Below, in pieces: positions 17,876 through 28,470 of a stretch of 64,000 bases of DNA. The notes under the pieces were generated by a model. It ran no database searches. It was not told the DNA's origin and saw nothing but the letters and a program-made list of their open reading frames with translations. The stretch lies in contig CAVTTN010000002.1 of assembly GCA_963737655.1 (NCBI GenBank), positions 6,048,001 to 6,112,000 on the forward strand. Direction: 5' to 3'. The number at the start of each line of letters is the position of its first letter. Within the stretch, counting starts at the first letter, position 1. The DNA is from an uncultured Planctomycetota bacterium. GTDB lineage: Bacteria > Planctomycetota > Planctomycetia > Isosphaerales > Isosphaeraceae. Both the position numbers and the translations under genes were made by a program.

Positions 17876-20800
17876 ATGAGCAAGTCGTCGCGGAAGAGGA
17901 ACCACGGCCGGATGGCCTGGCGGAGGCGGCCCGCCGCCCTCCCCGACCGGGCCTTCCGGCCCTCGCCGGTCGATCGGCTGGAGGACCGAACCGTCCCGTC
18001 GCCGGTGGTCGGCGGCCTCCACCTGCTCCACGACACGGGCGTGTCCGGCTCCGACGGGATCACGACGGACCCCACGATCGCGGGGACCGTGACGAACGGG
18101 GGCGCCCGCGTCGATGGGCTGACGGTCCAGGTCGATGTCAACGGCGACGGCCAGGCCGACGGCACGACGGCGACGGACAGCGCCGGGGCGTTCGTCTTCG
18201 ACCCGTCGAGCCTGGACCTCGCGCCCGGCACCGTCCACGTCTCGGCCCGCGCCGGGGCGTTCGACGCGACCCAGGACGCGACGGTGTACGGGGCCTGGAC
18301 GAACCTGAGCTTCACCCTGGAGGCGCCCGACCCCCCGCCGGTGGTCGCCTCGCTCGGCCTCCTGAACGACTCGGGGCCCCGGACGGCGTGACCTTCGACC
18401 CGACGCTCACCGGGGTCGTCACCGACGGGGCGACGGCCTCGGGCCTGCCGGTCCAGGTCGACACCAACGGCGACGGCTACGCCGACGGCAACGCGACGAC
18501 CGACGCCAACGGCGGCTTCACCTGGACGCCGACTCGCCTGACCCCGGGCCGGTGACCGTCGAGGCGAGGGCGGGGGCCTACGATCCGGTCCAGTCGGCCT
18601 GGGTCTACGGGGACTGGAGGACGTTCAGCTTCACCCTGGCCGCGCCGACGCGCCCCCGGTGATCCCCTCGCTCTCCCTGCTCCACGACACGGGCTCGTCG
18701 CCGTACGACCGGATCACGTCCGACCCGAGGGTCACCGGCTCGGTGACCAACGACGGGCCGACCTCGGGCCTGACCGTGGAGTTCGACCAGAACGGCGACG
18801 GCCAGGCCGACGGCACCGCGACGACCGACGCCCAGGGGAACTTTATCGACCTGCCCTCGGGCCTGTCCCCCGGCCCGGTGACGATCCGGGCCCGGCCCAC
18901 CGAGTACGATTCGGTGCTCGGGGCGGTCCAGGACGGGGCCTGGGTCTCCCTGAGCTTCACCCTGGTCGCCAACACGGGCCCGGTGGTCACGTCGCTGGTC
19001 CTGGCCGATGACAACGGGGCGTCGTCCACCGACGGCATCACGTCCGACCCGACGGTCAAGGGGAGCGTCACGGACCCCGACGGCGCCTCGGGCCTGACCG
19101 TCGAGGTCGACGAGAACGGGGACGGCCAGCCGGACGGGACGGCGACGACCGACTCTCAGGGGAATTTCACGTTCGTCCCGCGAGGGCTCGCCCCGGGGCC
19201 GCAGACGGTCCGGGCCCGGGCCATCGCCCACGACTCGGCGGACGGTCGCGACCTGACGTCCGACTGGGTCGCCGTCAGCTTCACCCTCCTGGACCACGTC
19301 AAGGCCGCGCCGACGCTCGCCTCGATCGCCCTGCTCGACGACACCGGCACCTCGGCCTCGGACCTGGTGACGACCGACCCGAGGATCGCCGCCTCGGTCA
19401 CGAGCCAGGAGGCGGGCATCTCCGGCCTGGCCGTCGAGTTCGACACCAATCATGACGGCGTCCCGGACGCCTCCGTCCTGGCCGACGCGACCGGGGCCCT
19501 GACGTACAATCCGCTCTGGGCCCGGCCCGGGACCGTCACGTTGCAGGCCCGAGCCAAGGGCTACGACAGCGACCAGTCGGCCGAGCTGTACGGCGCGTGG
19601 ACGAGCTTCAGCTTCACCCTCCAGTCCAATCCGCAGGCGGCGCCGGTGGTCGCGGGCCTGGCCTTGCTCGATGACACCGGGGCGTCCTCGACCGACAACG
19701 TGACGGCCGACCCGGCGTTCGGCGGGGCGGTCACGCAGAACGGGACGGCCTCGGCCGGGCTGACGGTGGAGATCGACACCAACGGCGACGGGACGCCCGA
19801 CGCCACGGCCACGACCGACTCCGGCGGCCACTTCGCCCTCTCGCCGGCCGGGCTGGCGGCCGGCCCGGTGACGGTCCGGGCCCGGGGCAAGGCGTACGAC
19901 TACGGCCTGGGGGCCTACGTCACGGGCTCCTGGGCGTCGCTGTCCTTCACCTTGACGACGGCCTCGCCCCCGGCGATCACGACGCTCGGCCTGGCCAACG
20001 ACAACGGCGTGTCGGCGACCGACAAGATCACCAGCGACCCGTCGATCGCCGGGGTGGCCTCCTCGGGCACGAACGGCGGCTCGGGCCTGACGATCGAATA
20101 CGACACCAACGGCGACGGCCAGGCGGACGGCTCGGCCCCGGCCGACTCCCAGGGCCGGTTCAGCTTCACGCCGGCCCAACGCCCGGCCGACGGCCCGGTC
20201 ACGATCCAGGCCCGGGCCAAGTCCTGGGACGACACGCAGCAGGCCTGGATCGTCGGCTCCTGGACGCCCTTCTCGTTCACGCTGGTCGCCCCGGCCGCGC
20301 CGACGATCCAGGCGCTCGGCCTGGTCAACGACGACGGGACGTCGTCCACGGACAAGGTGACGAGCGACCCGCGAATCCAGGGGACGGTCCGGGCCGACGG
20401 CTCCCCGGCGGGGCTGCTCATCCAGGTGGACACGACGGGCTCGGGGGTCGCCACGGGCACGGCCCGGACCGACGGCCAGGGCGGGTTCGTGTACGACCCG
20501 AGGGACCTCAAGCCGGGCGCCCACACCGTCCAGGTCCGCGCCGGGGCCTACGATCCCGACACCAAGGCGTACCTGTACGGGGCCTGGGCCCCGTTCAGCT
20601 TCACCCTGACCACCGGCTCGTCCTCCGCGCCGTCGGTGACCGGCCTGGCGCTGCTCAGCACCGGCGGATCGGGCGGGACCGGCGGCTCGGGCGGCAAGGG
20701 CGGGCTGGGCGCGCCGGGGTCGGGCCCGATGTACGGCCCCCCCGGCTCGACCTCCACCAGCGACCCGACCGTGACCGGGACCGTCACCAACGGCGGGGGG

Positions 20801-23800
20801 AGCGTCGATCACCTGACCGTCGAGTTCGACACCAACAACGACGGCTCGCCCGACGGCTCGACGACGACCGACGCCCGGGGCAACTTCACCTACCGCCCGC
20901 CGCTGACCACGGCCGGCCAGGTGACGATCCAGGCCCGGGCGAAGGTCTGGAGCTACTCGCAGTCGGCCTACGTGACGGGCGCGTGGGCCTCGATCTCGTT
21001 CTCCTATTCGCCGAGCGGCTCGGCGAGCAACCCGGGCGTCAACGGGGCCCTGCCCGGGTCGGGGAGCGAGGTCGCCGCGTCCGACGCGGCGTATCGCTCG
21101 TCGGTGGCCCAGGGCGGCTCGACCTACGACGCGAACGTCGGCGCCTCGGGATCGACGGCCAACGGCGCCGCGGCCCTGGGCGTGGGGAGCTACACCCCCC
21201 TGAACAGCCAGGGCAACGCCTCGACGACCTCGGGCACGCCGGACCTCAGCCCGACCTTCAGCGTGAGCTCGCCCTCGTCCTCGCCGGCCCCGAAGACCTA
21301 CAACAACACGCTGACCACGAACGACTCGCCGACGACCCCCACCGGCTCCGCGACCCGCTCGGAGACCGAGACGATCACCTACAACCTGACCGCCTCGGGC
21401 GGCTCCTTCACCCTCGACGTGACGATCGACCTGAGCTTCTCCTACACCGAGAAGGGGGATTACGCGGTCTCGGCCAACGGCGAGACGGATAATCACTCCT
21501 ACATCATCAACGTCAGCGGCAAGTACAAGCTGGTGCTCCACGAGTCCGGGACCTACTCGACGACGGGCCCGGGGGTGACCGAGTCCGGCTCGCTCTCCGC
21601 GACCGAGACCGGCTCGTACAGCTCGGACTACATCGACACGGACAACTACTCGCTGAGTTCGACCGGGAGCTCGGGCGGGGGGACGTCCACGACCGACCTC
21701 AAGGGGGGCTACAGCTTCTCCTACGGGGAGTCGGGGAGCTTCAGCGCCGGGGGCGGCCATTCCGGCGTGACGGACGGCTACACGCTCTCCGGCTCGGACG
21801 ACTTCTCCTATTCCGGGACCGATTCGGGCCATTTCTCGTTCTCGTCGTCCGGCGGCGGGGGCTCCTCCTCGTCCAGCGGGACGTATAGCGACGGCGCCTC
21901 GGGCTCCTACGGGGACAGCTACGGCGATTCGGGCCAGTACTCGGCCAGCGATTCGGCCTACACGTTCACCGGCTCCTACACCTACGGCGAGGGGGGCGGC
22001 GACTCCACGACCGAGAGCGACTCCGGAGGCTCGACCTGGAGCGCCTCGGGCGACAGCGGGTCGGACAGCTCGACGTACACCGACGCCTACAACCAGAACT
22101 ACACCTACGGCGAGGGCGGCTCCTACACCGTCACCGACAAGACCCAGGTCGTCTCGGCCAGCGCCCGGCTGACCGCCCACGCCGACGAGACGATGGGCCT
22201 CCAGGGGGGCGATTCCTACTCGGTCGTGGAGGGCCAGGACAAGTACACCGGCTCGGTCGGCTACTCGTCGTCCGGGACGTACTCCGAGGACGCCACCGCC
22301 TCGGCGTCGGAAACGATCAACGGCGCGAGCACGACCGTCTCGGGCCGCACCTCGGTCGAGGCGACGGGGGGCTCGACCGACTCCTCGCAGGACTCGGGGA
22401 CCTACCTCGTCGTCGGGGCCTCCAGCGGCAACAGCGGGACGTATCACGACTCCGACAGCCAGTCCGGGAGCTACGACGGCAAGATCTCCGAGAGCTTCAC
22501 CGACGCCAATGGCGCCGTGAACGCCAGCGGGACGTACAGCCTGGACGACGGCGGCACCGACACGTTCTCCAGCGGAGAGACCGGCCAGTACGCGGACTCG
22601 TCCTCGACCAGCAGCGACAGCGGCACCTTCACCACGGCGATCTCGGGGACGGACGCCTCGTCGGTCCATTACTCGTCCAGCTTCACGCAGACGCCCTCGG
22701 ACTTCTCGGTGACGGGGAGCTTCGCCACCAGCGATTCCGGGTCCGGCAGCGAGTCCTACTCCGAGAACGGCAACTATTCGAGCTCCTACTCCACCAGCAG
22801 CTACGACTACGGATACAGCTCGTCCTCGGGCTCGGACGTGGGCCACTTCACCGAGGCCCAGTCGGAGACCGAGAGCACCTCGGACTCCGATTCGGGCTCC
22901 TACGCCTTCGACGACGCGAATTTCAGCCTGACCCACAGCGTGAGCAATTCGGACTCCCTGGGCTCCTCGTTCTCGTACTCCGGCGGGGGCGACTTCACCG
23001 ACTCGACGACCGACGGCTCCGGCACCACGACGACCCGGGGCAGCTACACCAGCACCGAGCAAGGGACGGACGCCCTCTCGACGGGCCTCGCCGGGTCGGC
23101 CACCACGAACAACAACGCGTTCTCCTCCAGCTCCACGGCGACCCGCCACGACGCGACGACCGGCTCGGGCAGCGAGAGCGAGGCGGGGTCGTACTCGTCC
23201 AGCGTCACGACCAACGGGACGACCACGACGACCCAGGGCCAGTACGCGTCGTCCGACGGCGGATCGTCCTCGACGAGCGACCAGGACACGGCCCACTACG
23301 CCCTGAGCAACTCCTCATTCGGCGTGACCGGCTCGTACAACCATGCCGAGTCGGCCGGCGGGAGCTCGTCCTACCAGGATGCCGGGACCGTGACCGACTC
23401 GTCATCGAACGAGACGGACACCGACAACTACACGTATTCCGACGCCCAGACCGACGCGGAGACCTATTTCGACTCCGGCACCTACAGCCAGGGGTCGGCG
23501 TTCGTGAACGACGGCAACTCGGGCGCGACGACGATCCACGGCTCGATCGACTCGGAGACGCACTCCGGGACCTACTCCGGCACCGGGGGCTTCGACAGCT
23601 TCGGCTTCGGGACGACCAGCTACGGGGGGGATTACCAGACCAGCGACAACTCGTCCTCGACCTTCTCCTCGGGCGCCTCGGGGGCCTATCACAAGGACAA
23701 CGTGAACTCGACGACCTCCGGCTCGTTCGGGAGCTCCGAGGGGGCTCGTCGTCCTATTCCGACACGTTCCACGACCACTCCTCGACCTCGGGCGGCGGCA

Positions 23801-26363
23801 CCTCGACGAGCGGATCGACGACCACCACGACCCTGGACAGCGAGTCGGAGAACTCGAGCATCAGCGAGTCGGGGAACTACGGGTTCTCCTCCGGCGATTC
23901 GGGGACGTACTCGACCTCCAACGGCTATTCGCAGACCAACGGCAACTATGCGGACAGCTCGGCCGAGTCCGACACCTGGTCGACCGGCGGGTCGGGCAGC
24001 TCGTCCTCCTCGGCCGTGACCTCGACGTCGTACAACTACCCGGGTTCGTACGGGTACAGCGGCGGAGGAGGCGGGGGCAGCAGCACCATCAGCGACTCGA
24101 CCTCGAGCTCGGGGTCCGGCAGCGAGAGCGGCGATTCGAGCCTGACGACGACCGACCAGGGCTCGTACACGGCCTCGGCCTCGCCCACGTCGTCCAGCCG
24201 GGTCAGCGACGGCCATAATTCGGCGTCCGAGACGCGGTCGGCCCAGGCCAGCTCCTCGGGCGGGGGGACGACCTCGCATTCGTCCTCGGCCACCAACGGA
24301 GGGGGGAGCAGCTCGTCGGGCTGGACCAGCACCGGGCAGACCACCGCCTCGGCGAACACCAGCTTCGCCTACCAGGAGGCCAGCACCTACCACTCCGGCG
24401 ACGCCAACGCCTCGACCAACGGCACCTTCTCCTCGAGCTCGGGGACGAACCAGGCGAGCACGTTCTCCGGGACGTATCAGAGCGGTTCGTCTTCCAACTA
24501 CAGCAGCTCCTACAGCGGGGGGAGCAGCTCCAGCAACAGCCAGAACTCGTTCAACGCCTCGATCGCGCAGACCGGGACGGTGAGCTCGACCTACAGCGAC
24601 TCCGGCACGTTCGGCTCGAGCTCGTCGGGGAGCTGGACGAACGGCTCGTTCAGCAAGACGAACCGCCAGGTCAGCTCGGCGGCGTACGGCGATACGTCCA
24701 CCTATCAGAGCTCGTCGCATTCGAGCGACTCCTCGTCGTCCGAGGACGACTCGGGGGGCGGCGACGCGAGCACCTCGCTGACCCAGCAGCTCACGACGAG
24801 CTCGCGGAACTCCGCCACCTACTCCCAGGGGCCGGGCGGCAGCACCAACAGCGGGAGCGACAGCCTCAGCCACACCGGCAGCAACACCTACGGGGCCACC
24901 GCCCACAGCCACGACTCCCAGGGCTGGAGCAGCGACGGCGCCACCGGGACGAGCACCAATTCCTACAGCCATTCCGAGGGCTCCAGCGCCGGGCATTCGG
25001 ACTCCGCGTCCGACTCGTTCACCAACGGCGCGAGCACCGGCGACAACGCCTCGACCGACGTCTCCTCGAAGAGCTACGTCACCGACGGCAGCGGGAGCTG
25101 GTCCTACTCCTCCAGCAACGACAGCGGCAGCGGGAGCTCCTCGAACCATTCCGAGGGCAACTACACCGGCACCGGCGGGAGCTCGGCCCACTACACCCCG
25201 ACCGGCTCCAGCGGCGACTTCAGCGAGGACGAGGACAGCACGCAGAGCTCCAACAGCTCGGACAACGGCACCTCCACCTCGATCAACCCGCCGTCGTTCG
25301 ACAGCTACATCTTCCAATCGACCTACAACGACCACTCGACGTACCAGGCCTCGGGCACCCTGAACAACAACACGCCCGACGGCACGTTCTCGCAGACCAC
25401 CAGCGGCCTGGCGACCTACTCCGGCGCCGGGGTCAGCGTGAGCCCGGCCGGGACGTTCCCCTGGTCGTTCTCCTTCGCGATCCCGCACTACAACGAGATC
25501 GACGGCAAGATCACGGCCGAGGGGCGGGAGGCCGGCGCGTCCTGGCTCGACGACCTCCAGACGATCCTGGACGTCGCCGGGATGATCCTCCCGTTCACCC
25601 CGGCGGCGGAGTTCGCCCCGGTCGTCGACGAGCTGAACGCCGGGATCTCGTTCCTCCGGGGCAACTACCAGGACGCGGCCCTGCGCGCGACCTTCGGCGC
25701 GATCCCGCTCCTGGGCAAGGCGGGCGGGGCGGCCCAACTGGCCGAGGACGGGAGCAAGATCACCTCGGGCCTGGCGAACCTCGGCGAGAAGCTCGCGCCG
25801 ATCGGCCAGGCGGGCCGCGTGATCCTCGGCGGGGTCGGCATCTACTCCGGCCTCGGCGACATCCGCGAGGGCCTGACCCGCGTGGGCGAAGGCGACTGGA
25901 TGGGCCTCTGGCAGGTCGCCCGCGGCACTCTGGCGCCTACCACGGCATCAGCTCGATCGCCCACGTGACCAACGAGATCGGCCTGTTCAACCTCTGCGGG
26001 ACCCCCCTGGGCGACGCCTTCGGCATCGGCAACTGCTTCGTGGCCGGCACCCGAGTCGTCCTGGCCGACGACTCCGAGACGGTCCTGCTCGCCGCCCTCC
26101 CCGGCCTGGACGCCGACGCCGACGCCGACCTCCAGGCCGACCTCCTCGAAACCGTCCGGGTGCCGCTGGGGATCACCTGCGTCGTCCTCGGCGCGGGCCT
26201 CGGCGGCCTCTGGCTCTACCGGGACCTCCAGGAGAGGCGACGACGCCGGAGGGCCCTGTTCCTCGACCTCGCCATCGACGACCACTTCGGCCCGGACGAC
26301 CCGGACGACCCGACCCTCGACGACCTCGCCGCCGAGCCTCGCGGCCTCCTCGGCATCGCCTGA
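17876..26363 (+). CDS. Giant (~2,800 aa) exported toxin carrier: Planctomycete LEDR export motif, 9 Ig-like repeats, Ser/Gly/Thr/Tyr/Asp-rich stalk, pre-toxin TG-like helices, Hint N-terminal block and TM anchor; apparent frameshifts near 18380, 18550, 18655, 23745 and 25930
   Basis: RPSPVDRLEDRTVPS; ~105-aa repeats L-x2-D-x-G...DP-x3-G-x-V...D-x-NGDG...W-x3-SFTL; WLDDLQTILDVAGMILP...NAGISFLRGN; CFVAGTRVVLAD at 26034. The ORF-track pieces join seamlessly across single-base shifts. Confidence 0.85.
18003..21010 (+). repeat. Nine tandem bacterial Ig-like repeats, most with a DxNGDG Ca-binding-like loop
   Basis: Repeat starts near 18003, 18340, 18659, 18985, 19315, 19645, 19975, 20305 and 20635, read directly from the translations. 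Confidence 0.85.
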
Positions 26364-26423
26364 CGTCGTCCCGCCCGATCTCACGGACCCTCCGACATCG
26401 CACACCCCACCGAGGTGAGGACC

Positions 26424-27646
26424 ATGAAGACGCACACGACCCCCCGACGGCCCGGCGGCCTCTGGCTGGCGATCGGCTCCTTCGTCCTGACGGCGGCGGG
26501 CCTGGGGCTGCTCGCCCGGCCGGCGGCGCGGCCCGCCCCGGATCGCCCGAAGCTCGTCGGGCTGGCCCACCGGCCCGGTGCGGCCGAGGCGACCCCGCGG
26601 ACGCTGGACATCCAGTCGATCGCGCTGGGCCAGAGGGTCGTCGGCTCGAACCCCGAGCGCGACGCCTCCGCCCTGGAGGAGGCCGAGCCCGAGCCGTCCT
26701 CGTGGCGGGCCGTCCGGCTGAGGATGACCAAGGCGACCGGCAAGAGGCTCGACATCGCCCTGCTCCGGCCCCTCGAATGGCTCCGCTCGCGAGAGGCCCG
26801 GGTCGGCCGGACCGTCGAGCTGAACCTCCGGGAGCTCGGCGCGGCGGGCAAGGCGGAAGTCCTGGCGATCGAGCCGTGCCCGGAGATCCGGCCGGGGACC
26901 GGCCACGTCGTCACCGGCACCTTCGCCCACGAGCCCGACAACCGGCTCCTCAACGTCCGGGTCGAGGGCCAGGACGAGCCGATCGGCTGCACCGACAACC
27001 ACCCGTTCTGGTCCGAGGATCGAGGCCGGTTCCTCAAGGCGGGCGAGCTCCGGGCCGGGGACCGCGTCCGGACGCTCGCCGGGACCCGGAAAGTCGAGGC
27101 GGTCTCGCCCCGCCCGGCCGAGGCCCTGGTCTACAACATCGAGGTCCAGGCCGAGCACGTCTACCTCGTCTCCAACGCCGGGGTCCTCGTCCACAATGCC
27201 TACAACGAGGAGACCATCGAGGAGACCGAGGAGAACCGGGGCCTGACGTGGACCACGGAGAACACCGGCAAGGAGAGCCAGGCGAAGGCTTGGGAGGACG
27301 GGGCCACCGGGGCGAGGTATCGCATCTCCGACCACATGCGAGAAGTCCCGGCCTTGCGCTACGACAACGCCAACCCGCGCGGCAATAATTACGCCCGCTT
27401 CGATGGGTGGGGCCGGAGGAGCCCAACACGCTCATCGATCGGAAGTGGAACGTGACGACCAAGTCGGGGCAGGTCGCCAAATTCAGGAGCGGGCCCCTTG
27501 AAGCCCTCAGCCAGAACCCGGAATATCGTCTGAGGCTCGAGGTCCCGACGAACCGGGCGGCGACCGACGCCCGCCGGCTCCTCCGCTACGCGACCGGCAT
27601 GGATTCGCACCCTCAGATCGACATCGTGGTCGTCCCCCAAGAATGA
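26424..27646 (+). CDS. TM-anchored Hint-domain remainder fused to a C-terminal PD-(D/E)xK (REase-fold) toxin; apparent frameshift near 27408
   Basis: GAGG RBS and ATG 26424; TM LWLAIGSFVLTAAGLGLLA; IQSIALGQRV, CTDNHPFW, GELRAGDRV and VYNIEV..H.Y.V...GVLVHN; then RFDG/(V)GPEEPNTLIDRK across a G-run shift. Confidence 0.85.
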
Positions 27647-28329
27647 GCAAGGACAATCGAAGGATCTGGCTGGTCCTGCACTCGCGAGCCGAGGAGTCCG
27701 ACCCGGTCGAGCGGAAGCACGCCCGCTTCTTCGAGGGCTGCGAGTCCCTGCCCGCCCCCTGGGGCCCGGGGGGCCGCCCCTACCCCCCGGTCCCGCCCTT
27801 CTTGGGCGGGTCGACGGCGATCCTCTCCTGGACCAAATACCTCGGGGGGATCGCTCGACGGGCCCTGATCAGCTATCGATACCGGAGGCTTCTCCGGGAC
27901 GACGGACTCTCCGACGACTTAGTGACCATCGTCTTGGCGGCCTCCAGGATCGACTGGGATCTCCTCGCCAAGGCCGTGATCCCGACTTATCTGAGGGCCT
28001 TCGACGCCTATCTCGTGGAGGTGTTCGACGAATCCTCCTTCACCGAATCCGGAGGGAACTCCCGGGAGGCCTTCAATCCTCGCTCCGAGGTCCGAAAGCT
28101 TCGCATCATCAACTATTTCGATGCAGAACTCTGCCGGCGCACCTTCAAGGCCTCGCCCGGATCGCTCCTCCTCCTGGTCACGGACAAGGCGGCTCACGCC
28201 GAAATCATCAACGATGGCCTCTACCTGATCCCGGCCGATCCCGGCTCGCCCCCGGACCTGATCGACGGCGCGTGCCAGGCCTGTTACGAGGCCCTGATCG
28301 GGACGAATCCTCGAACGCGACTCGGATGA
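27643..28329 (+). CDS. Probable cognate immunity protein
   Basis: The ATG overlaps the toxin stop (ATGA 27643-27646); 228 aa; codon usage is visibly more AT-rich than the carrier. Position is the main evidence. Confidence 0.75.
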   Translation: MSKDNRRIWLVLHSRAEESDPVERKHARFFEGCESLPAPWGPGGRPYPPVPPFLGGSTAILSWTKYLGGIARRALISYRYRRLLRDDGLSDDLVTIVLAASRIDWDLLAKAVIPTYLRAFDAYLVEVFDESSFTESGGNSREAFNPRSEVRKLRIINYFDAELCRRTFKASPGSLLLLVTDKAAHAEIINDGLYLIPADPGSPPDLIDGACQACYEALIGTNPRTRLG

Positions 28330-28470
28330 TCTCCCGACTCGGCGGCGTCTCTCGATCGAGAAGTGCCTCATGGATCTGCCCGAGGGATCGTCGCGCGATC
28401 GATGAGCGGCGGCAATCGCATCGAGGCCCGCCGATCCTCGCCCCCATCCCCTTGAGGACTGGAACTCCGG

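Noticed and set aside
18605..25737. Long antisense ORFs (1563 aa and 682 aa) and similar ones such as 40641-45122 and 55755-59501
   Set aside because: Shadow ORFs of high-GC coding strands; Arg/Gly/Ala-rich with no domain motifs.
26034..27197. Classical mobile intein with homing endonuclease
   Set aside because: No LAGLIDADG or HNH motifs in the inserts, the +1 residue is Ala, and the context is a polymorphic toxin.
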